From Takakia lepidozioides (taxonomy: Eukaryota; Plantae; Bryophyta), in assembly GCA_030704615.1 (NCBI GenBank), contig CM060733.1, positions 44,454,001-44,518,000 of the forward strand: a DNA stretch of 64,000 nucleotides. The letters run 5' to 3'. Position numbers and translations under genes: made by a program. The notes under the pieces were generated by a model. That model made no database searches. It was not told the origin of the DNA and saw nothing but the letters and a program-made list of their open reading frames with translations. Of the stretch, positions 50,621-64,000 are shown piece by piece (the stretch's first letter is position 1; every line of letters starts with the position of its first letter).

Positions 50621-52869
50621 CAAATTAGTCTGAGCCCTCTTCCTCTTTCTTTCTTGTGCTCTTCTCATGGTCTATGAAGCCTCGAGAGTCCATGTCTGAA
50701 ACCTACTAACTACAAGCATGTGCATTGAATAGGCAACAGGAATTAGCTGACTAAGGCTGTTGAAAGATCCCATTGCGAGATGAGGAGGTTAAAGTCTGAA
50801 GCAATATCCTTTGGAGTTTGCAGTACATTATGCACCTCACTGCCTTCAAGGATGGACCATACAAACATGTTGACATTGAGGTGACTGACGCTATGAGATT
50901 TTGCTGGGATGTGGAGCAGGAATCCAAATTTTGCAAAGCGACAGGTGATAAGGGGAAGGGTTTCAACATGCATAACATTGTGGAGATGAGAGAGAATATG
51001 TGACAACTGGATGTATGCTATTTTTAAAGTTGTTGATCATGTGCGATAGCACTGCAAGAGACAGTGGCCCAAAATATGCACCAGGCCAGAAAGCTGTACA
51101 GTATGGAGTGGAGATGTCCCTTCTCGAATGTAGCCCATGGAGGATATCTGTACATGTATACACTTACCTATCATACATCTATAGATCCAGCTGGATACAA
51201 TAAGAGTTCTAAACCTCCCTGAGCCAGCCATGGTCCTTTCAGGGTACATATGTGGAAACTTTAATCCGAATTTGAGAAACCTGTGAGAGGCAATTGATGC
51301 AAGCCCTGCCCATTCGCATGATCACCAAACATATTACTAAGGAATCTCGCAATGATGTGGGGAGGATGGGTAGTAGTTCATGTATATATTGTCAAACCAG
51401 CATCGCTGCGACATCTCTAGAGGAAGTTAAAATTCAGTGTCTCAGTTAAGCGGCTGAGCAGCATATGAGGAGTTTATAGTTACATAGGGAACTACTTGGG
51501 AAGTGCATATAAACTTCATCGAGAGGAAGTATTATCCAGTTATCTGCAATAATACTTAGTTGTTCTTATTACAACTGCTGAAAATTAATTATCTAAGACA
51601 ATGCCTACAATCCAATGTACATATGTGCATACAAAACCTGAAGTCAGGGTTTATATCACTTTGAGGTGAGATGACACCATAAATTACATCTGCTTTATCT
51701 TCCTTTCTCTTTGTAACTTACCCCTGCACGGAAATATAAATCCAAATGCAAAATTATATGTAACCATCATAGATACAATTGTGAAGAATTATTTGTTTTC
51801 CCATTAAAAAAAACCCATAATATAAGATAGTGACATTCAAAACCCCCAGACTACATCCATTCATACGCAAGAGAAATGAAATGAAATTCCAGAGGAAGCA
51901 AATGTAATCCCTTCATATACCTTGTGACAAAATGATATCTTCCGATTCCACAACTAGCAATGGGAATTCTACAAAAATCATCAGACAAATTCAATGTATT
52001 GATACTCGTGTTGGTGTACATTTTCACTTGCAGAAATTTAGGACTGAACCAGGACCCAACAAAGCTTTAGCGTGTTTACAATAAGCCTTGGGGAATACTG
52101 ACACCTAAAAATGTGGTAGCTAGGTTTCAGTTTCCCCTCCAATACTCTTGGGATCCCATCATTTTAAAGATTTCAACTGAGTCTAATAAATGTTACTTCA
52201 GACTCATACAATGTTTAGATCATATAGTACATTTCGTGACAGTTTTTCATGTTTGGCTTACCACTTTCTTCAACAAAAAGGGCTCGAGAATGATGGTAAA
52301 ATGTCTCGTGGATCCGCAGCTTGCAGCCAAGAGCCCACCATGCAGGGAAGCAAGGGTGACGGCACACTTAACTATGCAAGTTCCCGAGAAGTTGACTTTG
52401 TGGCGAGGCATGCATCATTGAACCATTCCCTAATCCTGGGTAAAATAAAATACACAACCATCTTAGAAAGAGGGTGAGGGGACAAAATCATCAACCAGCA
52501 GTGTTGTATTCAAGAAAGTTGCCTTGATATGGCGACTAGCGACTTTCTGAAAGACAGAAAAACACAGAAAGAGAACGACTTCGACAAATAGTCCTGTTAA
52601 CCTCTGGATTTCGACTCATGACACAAGTCTACCCAATAATCCTCTTGGCGTTGGAGCAGGGTTCCAACCCACGGTATATGGAAAGTCATTCCAGAAATGC
52701 CAAACGACAGGTGAAAACTTGAGGTCCGCCACTACCAACACCAAAGGCAGGAAAAAAGAAAAGAAATGCTATTCGTCTACTGTGCAAACTCCAAGGCAAA
52801 GAGGATGTACTCATAAAGACGTCGTTTCCCATAGCTCCAAGGCAAAGAGAGAAAGAGAGAGAAAGATTA

Positions 52870-55800
52870 CCTTCATTCAATAAGCCTACCACCTGCTGTA
52901 AGTTTTGGGTCAACACATCCTGAGAGGGTATCACCGATGGACCTGCTGCTCCTGCCTCAATCCTGCCAAAAAGTTATGTCTGAATAAGACTTGATTAAAC
53001 TAACCCAAGACCACTATCACACAAATTAATCATTGATTGTCACTGGTAGAGATCATCTTGCCAGTTCCGAGCTCCAAGTATGGGCCCTTCAGCTTAAAGA
53101 TCAGGCATCAACCCTTCAGAGGCATTACACTCCATATCATCAAATAAGCACAGGCATGAGCAAAGCCTTGCACCAGCTGGTCATTAAATGCTAAGCCACT
53201 TTCAAGCAATTTCCGAATGCCATGAATCAGAGTGTTTTTCATCCTTTTCTTTCATCTATGAAGAGACAGTTGTCCCATATTTTGCACTTGCTAGGTCACA
53301 ATCGGGGCAGATTACCTAGTTCAAACCAGGCAAGGCAATTTGAACATCTACTTTGCTTGAACAAAAGAGCCCTGGAACAAAAGATTATCAATCTGCTTGT
53401 TTGTACATTGGCTCACAAGACTTAGGATTCTTCGAATGCAAACACATTTGAAAAATTGGGCACACCTCAGAAGCCAATTTTCTCAATAAAGAGTACGTCC
53501 TCCTATTTGTCAGGATGAGGGGTCTCTCCAATAGACATAAAGGATGATGATAGTGACCAAATCACCATTACAGGTTGGAGTAGCTTTCTCAGGATAAGAC
53601 AGAAGGCTAAGTGGTTCCTTTTCACGAATGAAAACCAATGTTACCATTACGTATTTGCCAAATGCTATGGTATGGCACCGTACTATGCCTCTGGATGGCA
53701 TTATACAGCACGGTCACCTCCAATCGCTTTCACTCAGCCTCAAAGCAAATTGGAAATAAATGTGCTACAACCTTCAAACAGAAGGAATCACCCCCTCCCT
53801 GATTTGATATTGATTGGAAACATTGAAGCTATAGGGCTGACTGGAACCTGTAATGACTGTGCAATGCTAGAAACATCACAAAACCCAGTCCACGAATGAA
53901 GGGGCCGAGGAATACCTACCGTGCCAAGCTGTAACTCTCCACAGCCTGTAAAGGATGGAGTGACAATCCCTCATTGGTGGGAATCATTTGACCCGGTAAA
54001 TCCACAAGAACCGCGCTTTTGCCAAATGTAGAAGTGACATCAAGCATGCCTGATGGCATCTCCCATTGCTTGTCGTTCACTGACACTGTCATTGTAGTGG
54101 ACTCGCAAGGACCTGGCACACCCACCAGGTTCTTTGTCAGATCTGTCTCAGAAATGGTACTGGATTGCTTGACATGGTCATAGCGTGGAAATGTCTTTTG
54201 CTCAGGCCACAGGACTGCCAGTGACCCTTCTACCGTCAACTACCACCAGACAGGATCGTCAGCAGATTGTCACTGTGAAGTTGGCGAATCAAATGCCGTA
54301 AATAAGAGCAGTCCCTTCTCTGAAGGGTTATCCAAGTACACAAGCACCCTTGCCTTTCATCTTTCTTTTTCTGTCTCAACTACTGGGACATCTTAGAACC
54401 ATTTCACACAGGCCTGTGCCATCCTTCTTGTTCTCCTTCCTGCAAGTTTCTTTACAGTGTAAGCAAATGCCAGGAAATTTCACCCTGGAAAAGAAGAACA
54501 GCAGAACCAGTTTCGAAGAATCAAAGAGGAGCTTGGTTGATGTAAGAGCAGGTTGTCACCTTGCTCAAAACTGTTGTCAAAACCAACTCCTTTGTTGTAC
54601 GAAATGCCAGGTTTCAGGTCTCCTTGGGGATGCATGAGCACAGACGACACAGTATCTTGCTGGTCAAACTGTCCGGACCTCTGATCAAGTGCCCCCCCAC
54701 CCCCTGCATCAGAACTTGCTCCGCCATTCGTATCTCCGAAGCCTCCAGAGTCATTTTGGTTCTGGTCTTCCTCCAGTCTTGGTCGCTTCTCTCTGGGAGA
54801 GTCCACATCCGTATCCACCTCAGAGTCGCCATCCTTGGGGGTAACCTGCAAAGGACTCACTTCGACCCAGTCATTTCTGCCCCATAGGAGGTTCAAACTA
54901 AAAATGAGCACCAATTGACCAACCTAATACTGGCCGAAACAAAATGAACGACAAACGACAAACTAAAGTCTGCCTTATCAGAACTCTTACTGAGTATCCC
55001 TTGCCAAGAACTCGGTAGTATGGATCGGAACACATGCTAAATAAAAGAAGATGCATGAAGGTAACACGTATGGTCCTGCCTGCTACCCTTGTTGGCAAGA
55101 AAGGACAGAAGGTGTGGTGTCATCAATTGACCTTTTGATCACTTTGCCATCCATTCAAGGCTGCTGCCTACCTGTAGATGTTTTCTCTTTGCCCGCGCTT
55201 TCCGATTTTGGAACCAGTTGTAGACATTGGTCTCAGCGATCTGGCCATGCTGACTTAACTCGGCAGTGATCTCCTTGATGCGCTGCTTATTGGGCGTGCC
55301 ATTCCCATGCTCAAACAGCCTCTCCAGTATTTGCAGCTGGTTCTGGCTAGGTGTCCACCTCAGGCGGGTGGTCGTCTTGTGGTTCGGTGTTCCCATCATC
55401 TGATCGTAGAGCATGTGTTGGCCTCCCCCAGTTACGCCTGTGAACAATCCCCAAGTGAAAAAGTATGACTGTCAGTCTACATCTGCAGCCCCAAGAAGTG
55501 CCTCAGGTTCTCTTGCACAGGGTCATAGCATGCCCGGTAAACGTTCTGGTTGACCTACCCCTACTCATTCTATTTACCCATAAAATCCCAGGACTGTGAT
55601 TGACCCCTACCCACCTAGTGAGCAGCCAAGGGACGTAAAGGACGTGGCTGATGGAAACTAACCACAGTCACCAAGGCTCAAGAGATGCACCTCTTCTGCC
55701 ATGAGACACTATTTCAATCATAGACATCCTTTCAACACCTAAGCAGTGCTGACCTCAGAACCCCAACCCCTCTGGTGGTGTAGTTTAACCAAGATGTTAC

Positions 55801-57628
55801 ATGCGTGGTAAATTTGTGACAAAAATACACCTAATATTATGAACAGGTTAACCAAGTGAAAAAGACTCCACATAAAATCACCTGAAACTTTTGGGACGTT
55901 CTGGGAATGGAGTTAGAAATTAAGCTGACCAATTTGTTTGATCATTAACTTAGATTCATCTGTCCTCCGCAGAACAGATCCATCTAGAGTGTCCCAAGCC
56001 ATCCATATTCCCAGATGGAAAAAAGGGAAGGCAATGGATTATGACTGAGAGAGACAGATCTTCATGCAAGTACATGAGGGCCAAAGAGCACATGTGTCAA
56101 ATAAGGGCAACAGACACTGGGACAAACCAGGCATAGGAGGCTGCTGAGAAACACTAGCTTTGTGCATCTCCACCAGCTGCTGACATATGGTTGCATACAC
56201 TGAAATCTGACGCCGCAATATCTCTAGCTGCTCATCTGTCATCACCTGAACCAACCATCTGTTTCAGTCAATATAAGCCTAATCCAGAAAACATCAGGTA
56301 GAATAACCTAATGTCCTTATGTAGGTTTTCATCATCCTGTCAGTATATTATAGCATAAACAGGCCTGAAACCATATCCTAGTGGTGTCTACAAGACAAAA
56401 GATAGTGCATGTGACTGTCAAGATACGTAAATTACAAGCCGAGTATAACTAGCATAAAACAATAATACTGTTCCTATTTGGGGTAAAACATGTAGCCTGG
56501 TATAGCCACAAGGAAAAAATTGAGTCATTTGCCATTGGACAAGTCATCATTAACTTTGCAAACCTCTCTTTTATAAATGCATTGCAACAGCATTCAGTGG
56601 CAGAGGATAATTTGTATCAGAAAATCACCAACTGACAATGTGGCCGTCCCATGAGCTTACAGCTTTCACTTGAATAGCTCACTTACCAAACAACACCTCA
56701 TGTTGTGTTAAATTAATGGGATGACCAGCCCAGAAAGGGATATGTGAGAACTACCAGTTCTGTTACTGATGTACTGAAATCATAGCTACTGAATGTATGA
56801 CAGCATCATGGGATCGAGACTCATAACATTGGAAAGCCGGACATTATTACGAGTTGCAAAATACTGCAGAATAACTTGGGCCAGAGTGGGTTAAATTGAT
56901 CCAAATATATGACTAGTGCCATCTGCCAGTTCATTCGTTGTTTTTGTTAAACCCAATGTTGGGAGGATGATATGCAGTACCAGATGTTGGTCAGACTCCA
57001 ATTGGAATTTGGTCCTGCAGTCTGATATAAAACTCAATTCAGGGTTTACATCTGAAGGATGCAGCAATCGTTGAATCTCCCTGATTCCTGGTTCGATTAG
57101 AACTCTGACGTCAACAAAGAAAAAGACCATGGACATAGGGAGTGACTGATCCTATCAACAGACGCTTGAACTCATAGTTCCCTTCACATAGTTGACCGGA
57201 GTCGGCCTGAGGGTTTTACTCACCAGGGCATGCAACTCGACACACAACTGATGTAAATCCAGTTACAGGGAATATATTGTTGATTGCCGAGCTGGCATTG
57301 ACCTAAGACTTGACAAAAGTATACCATTCATAAACCCCACTACCAGCTGCTTCACAATCCAGAATGTGGAAATAACCAGTAAATCAAGTAACTCTGCTAC
57401 ACCTAACGCTGTTTAGATTGGAGCATGATGCCAGATACAAAAACTTAAACGGACACTGACCTGTCCAGATCCCATCGTGTATACTGGCTGAGGCAATTTG
57501 TTCTCTGACGCCGGTGTGAGAACAAGCGCCGGCCCCACTGAGACTGATTGAACCTGCATTTGCGGTGGCAGCACGGATCCTAGTGGTGCCATGTCCACAG
57601 GCCGCCCTAATCTCGCTTCCGTCCCCAT
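52870..57628 (-). CDS. WOX13: WUSCHEL-related homeobox, WOX13 (ancient/T1) clade
   Basis: Exons 57628-57461, 56245-56128 ([32 protein letters not shown]13 motif), 55437-55172 (homeodomain [13 protein letters not shown]...[16 protein letters not shown]), 54845-~54560, ~54229-53920 and probably 52962-~52870. Final stop not resolved. Confidence 0.93.
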
Positions 57629-59031
57629 GCCCTTCTCCCTTTCCGCTGTTCTTCACCTGGCTCCAAAGGGCTCCATGTGCAGGAACCTATATAAGGCCGG
57701 TCGAGGCATGGCTAATAAATCCCCCATGGTAATCAGAGGACACAAGGGAGAGGAGAACCACAACAGAAAGCGTAATGAGGGCGCTGCACATTGCACTCCT
57801 CACACCATGCCGTTGTCCCTACGAAATACGGCCTGCTGAGTGGTGGACGGATTGGACGTAGTTGTCATACCTCCAGGATGGCCTTGAGCACCACGGTCCA
57901 TTCTCATACTGAAAGCGTAGCGAGAACATCAGACCCCAACCTACTGTCCAACCCAAGCGTCAAAGGGGACCGGATACTAAATTGTGTGTGTGTAGAAGAG
58001 AAACAAAGAAAAAAAATGAAGAAAGAGACACATCGAGATAGACAGAGAGAGAGGGAGAGAGAAGCAGAAGACCTCGTTTCACAGTTGGGAGAGCCAGGAA
58101 ATTCTCCGCTAGAAACCAGGCAAGAGAGAATACAGGGCCTTCAGTACACACACATTTCACCCGACAGACGGAATGCAGACTGTTTTTAAAAACAAAAAAC
58201 CGAAATCACAAGCGATCAGAAAAACCCTTCAGAATTTCCCACACTGAGGAGCTCACAGGGAAAGAGCAAGAATTACTTTGAGCAAGGACGCAATGCATGG
58301 TCGACAATCTTCGCAACGCAACGAGAAGGGAGGAAGTGCAAGGAGAGAGGAGGGGTTCCAAGCATTTCATACTACCATAGCCTTCATCCATCCTCCGCCC
58401 ATCTAAACTTCATTCATCCTCAATCCATCCATCAAGAATGAACGCATTAGTGATGCATCCTCATCCATCCATCCAAGGATGAAATAGGGTTAGTAAGGAG
58501 TGGATAAAAAGCAAAGGAACGAGATTTTGAGATTGGCACGTGCGGGGTTTTTCAAACACGACCCGCGCAAGTCTGCCACACTAACTCTCGTCGCTGCTCT
58601 CACTGTTTGTGCGACCTTGGCGCGCTCTGCATTGCCTCTCTCTCTCTTCCTCTTCTCTGCATTGGTTTCTCCGCCAATGCAGCTACCACTGCACTGATCC
58701 TTTTGTGAAGGGTGCCCGCATTGTGCTTTTTTTTGTGTCTCTGTCTGCCAATCCAGCTTCCAATTCGCTCGGTCTTGTGCAGGTTGTGGGTCCCCCTATG
58801 TTTGTGTTGCTGACAAGGTCAGTAGATTGTTCTCCCTGAGTGGTTCTATCCTTGTGGTGCGCAGCTCGGTTTGTGATTCTCTCACAGCCTGACTATCTGC
58901 TGGGTCTCCAATTCTTTGTCGTCACCACATCATTTGTCGAGTGTTCGTCTCTCTCTGGATACAGCGCCCATTGACTATTTACTGTTCGACCTTCCTTCCC
59001 CTACTATCTGTGTTAGGCCAGCTGGAGGAGC

Positions 59032-62000
59032 ATGGGTGCATCAAGCAAGTTTTTCAAGTCATTAATAACTGTGAAAAGATCTGCAAGAGCAAGCTCATCT
59101 GACAAGGATGATGTGGTAAGACTTCACCCCAGACTCTCTGAATGGAAATGATTACTGTTGTAGTGTAATGTCCAAGCTTGCAAAGCCAGAGTTACGAGAT
59201 TCCCCAACATTGTAAAGCTCACACCTTGAACCGTGTGTGACTTGTAAGTGGTGGATGTAGCATTGATGTAGGATAGCTCGCTAATCACGCAAGGCCATCC
59301 CTGTTTTGCAGAAAAAATCAGGCCACGAGAAACTACGACGCTGGAGCTTATGGAAGAATTTATCTGACAATGGGGAAGCAGAGGAACCTGTAAAGAATGA
59401 CAGCAGCCAGATGAAGCAGGGGCAACAGCTGGCAGACAAAGTTTCTATGGAGATGCCCTCTCCAACTACTCGAGCACTTTTGGTAGCTGAGTGGGCTGCT
59501 CTTCGCATTCAAACAGTCTTTCGCGGTTTCTTGGTATGTTTGTTCTCAGCTTTATTCTTCACTTAGTCACTCGTCCCAAAGTGATTCTCCCTCCTAAACG
59601 CGCATGCATATGTATACATTTCTTCACATGAGTGTATCAACAAGCAATTAGTCAATATTGTGCTGTTGGTGCAAGCAGCTCGTCGGCCCCTCATCCAAGT
59701 GCTTGCCATGATTGAATTTATTTTGAGATAACAATTTTAACAAGCTACAGTTGTTCAAATTCAATCTGCAGACTGTCTGTTTGCTTCAGCATTGCATGTA
59801 CACCCACAGCCTCATGTCAAGGTGCCTGGTGATTTTTAGAACAATCGCTGAGAACTGTATAGCACAGCCACCACAGCTTTGGGTTGGTTGTTCCTCTTTT
59901 CTCAAAGACAGTAGCAATCGGATGGCTGATAAATAAGACCAAGCTTTACGGTTTCTGCTTATATTGACAAAGTCTACCCTCTACTTTTCAAGGACAACAA
60001 ACCTTGTGCATATGAGTACTGATGAGGGTTCCGACGTTGAACAGGCAAGAAGAGCTCTGCGTGCTCTGAAAGGGTTGGTGCGGCTGCAAGCACTGGTGCG
60101 GGGCCACACAGTGCGAAGGCAGGCTGCCAGTACCCTGCGGTGCATGCAAGCGCTGGTGCGAGTGCAGGCTCGAGTGCGAGCACGCCGTGTTCGAATGTCA
60201 CAGCAGGGCCAGACCGTCCAGCATACCATTAGGCAACATCGTCTTGAGGCCCAGCAGCATGATTCTGAGGTGACATTTCCACGTTGCACTAGTGTCAGAA
60301 TACTTTGGCATAGCTTCCCAGAGTTTTCCTTAAGGGCTACAGACAATCTACCTTCTGCTCTTTACAGAGAAAATGGCTTGCTACCGCTGCCTTACTACTG
60401 GCCTCTTAGACCTTCTGGCAGAGCTTCCAAGTGCTTCATCTTAATGGGCAGTCTTCATGTCTTCCTTTCATGGAACTTGTCCTCATTGAGACTGCACCAA
60501 CTGTATCTGAGCAAAAGGGTGCTATGCCAAGGAAGAGACCTATGCTACTCAATTTTGAAATATCGCACATAAGCTAGTGCTTTGCTTAGACAGCAGCCGT
60601 GAAAAGAGATTTTTAAAATTATTCACCTCTAGACCCTGCCAGGCTCATTCTGACATCAATCAGAACTTTAGTTCACGCAGTTTTAGTGCTTCTTGAGCAA
60701 CATACCCCATACCCATGTCTTCCCATAGGCAAGTTCCTATTGCAGTTGCTGCAGTTCCAACTCAACTGTCAGAAGACCTTACTGGCAACTACCACTTGTC
60801 AGCCTGTGCGAAAGGCCTTCTTTGTAGGTTGTATTTCCAACCTTGCAGCTGTGAAAGCAATTGTTGCACGCAAGACTGAGACAAGGATGGGCGTAGCTTG
60901 GATGGTGTGCTGGTTCAGGAACAATTCATGATCTTCAAGCAAAACTGCAGCAAAAGCAGGAGGGGATGATCAAGCGAGAGAGAGCCAGAGCATACGCATC
61001 AGCTCATCAGGTGCATGACCAAAAGAGTGTCAATATCTTTTGCTGGCAGAGCCAGCTCACTGATTATTGACAAATTAGTTTGGGAGTGAAAGCCTTCAAT
61101 AATGATGTATGGAGATTGTACTGGTAATCTGTGTTGTCCGTGTTTGGATTCAGCAAAGTAATGTGCAATGTATTTGAGGATGGTAGCTCCGCAGGGGATG
61201 CTACAGTATAGCCTGAGGTGCTATGCCACTGGTTCTGTTCTTGCAGTGGAGACCAAATGTGGGGGCAGATGCACAGATCTACTTTGATCATGATGAAGAT
61301 AAGTCACACTGGGGGTGGAGTTGGCTGGAGCGCTGGATGGCAGCTCGACCTTGGGAAAACCGTACCCTGGACCATACTGGGTTCAAGGAGGACAATCAGA
61401 CACTGCAGAGCTATGTCGAGGACTTGCCCCCTGCGCAAAGCGCTTGTAAGGGCAGTATTGCTACCGGCAGTATGCCCACATCTTCCACCACCTCTGCAGC
61501 AATGCAATTCCACAGGCAGCAGCTGCGGATGTCACAAACCTGTGACCACCAGTCAGATGCTTCATCCACTCTATGTTCATACTCCAATGCAATGCTGCCG
61601 ACCACTGAGAATGCTTTTCCCATTGGCAAGCGCAGCTACATGGCGGCCACCAAGTCTGCACAGGCCAAGGTGCGCCCTCAAAGTACACCAAAGCAGCGCC
61701 CATCCAGTGATAACGACCATGCCAAAAAGAAGCGGCTCTCTTTGCCTAATCCTGGCACGAAGTCCACAGGAGGGCTCAGTGTCAAATCCAATGTTCAAAA
61801 AGGTGCTCATAGGATGTCGATCTCTGATAGGCCCTCTGTAAGGAATGGAGATTTGCACCAAACATCTTATCAGAAAAGTGGAGATTTTTCTGAGGCATCC
61901 CACCGATCTGACAGGTTCTCTGTTAAGAGTGGGGATCTCCTTCAGAGATCTTACATCTCTGAGAGGCCCTCTCGTAACAGTAGAGAAGTTCTACAGACCA

Positions 62001-62176
62001 ACTGCCACACTGAACGCCCCTCAGGGAAGACTAGAGAATATCTCCAGTCATCTCAACTGCCTGAAAGGCCCTCTCGCAAGAGTGGAGAGTTTCCCCTGAT
62101 CTCTTCTCGGTCTGACAGGCCCTCTTTCAGGGGTGGGGATTTTGTTCAGAGATCTTACTGCCCTGACGACTTTTGA
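59032..62176 (+). CDS. IQD: IQ67-domain calmodulin-binding protein (IQD family)
   Basis: Exons 59032-59115, 59312-59533, 60045-60269, 60897-61010 and 61247-62176. [13 protein letters not shown]|[26 protein letters not shown] with the characteristic phase-0 intron, [37 protein letters not shown]. Confidence 0.95.
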
Positions 62177-62874
62177 AAGGCCTATTAATGATTTCTTAGT
62201 GCTGCTACAGACAACTACTTGATTGTGCTGTTTTCATCTGTCAATCGAGCATCCACAAATTTACTGCTAAAACACCAGATCTATCAAGGCCTTACTTTGC
62301 ATTTATCCAACATAACTTGTAAGTGTGTAGTCATACTTGATACAAGACATCCAAGGGGTAGTGTCCAGTTGGCAACAGACCAATTGCAGGCTGGAGTGTC
62401 CCCACTCCAAGGCTGGCAATACCATGATGTGGCCAGAGCTTATGATGCATCAAATGCAGAGCCCATCTAAAAGGGACCAAACCACATGCTGATTGCTTCC
62501 AAGGCCGAACCCCATTTAGAACTGGTTGATCTTGTAAGTGTTTGCATTTCTCAACTACGCATCCGAGTGAGCCTTCAATTAAACTCAAACCCAGACTAGC
62601 CTCTATCCAAGAATTGGGAACTTGGGAGTTATAGTGTACACCAATATGAGACAAAAGTCCAGGGTGACACTCACAGCTAAGTTGTCTTATCGGAGTGCGT
62701 CTCTTGAACATTCTGTTGGATTGGTCAGGAGTATATTGCGATCAAAATTTGATCCAGAACATCGCATTACATAGAAGTGAATCTAAGTTGTCCCAGTTCG
62801 GATTGGATATGCTTGCTGAAGAAGCTGATTTACATGCCTCTCAAGAATTGTACTGGGCAGACAGACCCCTTCAT

Positions 62875-63127
62875 ATACCCTGTTTTCCAACCAGACCAAC
62901 ATCCATCTCTCACCGTCACTGTACTTCAAAGGGATGATGTCCATATTCAGTCAAGCTCAATACCTTCAACCTGTCTTCCAAAACTTGGTGTAACACTTGG
63001 TCAATACCAGTGTTGTTCTGGTATTATACCTTGTTTTCCAAACAGACCAACATCCATCTCTCCAAGCTCAATACCTTCAACCTGTCTTCCAAAACTTGGC
63101 GTAACACTTGGTCAATACCAGTGTTGA
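62875..63127. repeat. Imperfect direct duplication
   Basis: TGTTTTCCAA-CAGACCAACATCCATCTCTC and CAAGCTCAATACCTTCAACCTGTCTTCCAAAACTTGG...CAATACCAGTGTT each occur twice. Confidence 0.85.
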
Positions 63128-64000
63128 TCTGGTATATAGGGTTTTATCAGGTCACAATTCTCAGCCATGGTATGAAAAGACCGACCCGGCTGGTATGCAG
63201 AGTTCCAATACCTGAATAATCCTGAATAATTATCTACCATCCGCGCGGATCGACCAATGAAACGCAGAGAGGATACAAAGATAAAACTTTTTTTTTTTTT
63301 CGTTTTTCGCCCAACGGGCTTTTCCTTCGGCCCCGTATTCTCTCTTTGCGTGTCAGGGGATGTACAGAGGAAAATAAGCAGGGAGTTCTTTTCGTTAACT
63401 CACTTCGTGGCCCTCACCCTTCGTCAAGCCCGTGAAGGTGGCACGAAGTGAAGAATACTTAATGGCTTTGCCATGGTCGCCTCGCCCCGCTTGGCCGGTT
63501 CCGGATCGACGATAAACGATCTGGGGTGGGGGAAGCGATGCGCGAACAGAAGCTGTTGGGCTCCTGCGCCTCCTCTCCCTGTATAACCCGGAGACAAAAA
63601 AAGGCTAGCCAGACGAAAGGGTGGGGAGGGGATAGATTGTTAAGGCTCCGCATGTGGCAGCGAGCAGAATTAGGCCAAAGATCAGACAGATCAATAAGAA
63701 AAATCTATTTTTGTTGCGCCCTGCAGCCTAGATGAGGAACCTACCAGACTGGTATTATTGGACAGAAAAACATTCTAATACCGAATCAATTCCAGGTTCA
63801 TACCCTGTTGATACCCGTTGATTTTGACCTGGTATTCAGAACCAAATGGTATCAACATCATTTTAGTTTTGAAATACTTAGAACCAGCTGTTAGTAAAAA
63901 CTTTCAAAAAAACAAAAAATAGACCCGGGGTAATGTGAAAAATGTAGGACCACACTCAAGACCCCCATTTTCAATACTGCTCACTTCACTAAATTACAGG

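Noticed and set aside
50818-51203. Short plus-strand ORFs
   Set aside because: No recognisable motif or consistent exon chain.
49134-63940. ACCAG-rich tracts at ~49.2-50.0 kb and ~63.1-63.9 kb as ends of one element enclosing WOX13 and IQD
   Set aside because: Only short motifs are shared; no alignable TIRs or TSD.

Overview
Eukaryotic nuclear DNA from a non-seed land plant; the WOX13 protein looks moss-like (inference). Three intron-containing host genes lie at the edges: the 3' part of NAA35/MAK10 (+, 340-7564), a WOX13-type homeobox gene (-, ~52870-57628) and, head-to-head with it, an IQ67-domain gene (+, 59032-62176). The centre (~8.6-50.6 kb) is a nested transposon island: a non-autonomous hAT (8-bp TSD), a Pack-MULE-like unit carrying RFC3 and PPR/DYW fragments, a decayed L1-type LINE split by CACTA ends, further LINE 3' ends, SINE-like copies and an unassigned decayed coding region. 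The standout is a 14.3-kb Ty3/gypsy-related element (-, 26286-40576) inserted in the LINE. Its single decayed polyprotein reads Gag(2x zinc knuckle)-aspartic protease-Dnmt3-like C5 DNA methyltransferase-[tiny RT/RNase H remnant]-integrase-PHD finger. It has TGTC...GACA termini and a 4-bp target duplication, no LTR pair I could find, and a 1.1-kb CAG-rich tandem array in its leader. A PPR-carrying Pack-CACTA later inserted into its integrase. All homology calls come from motif recognition by eye; no database search was run.
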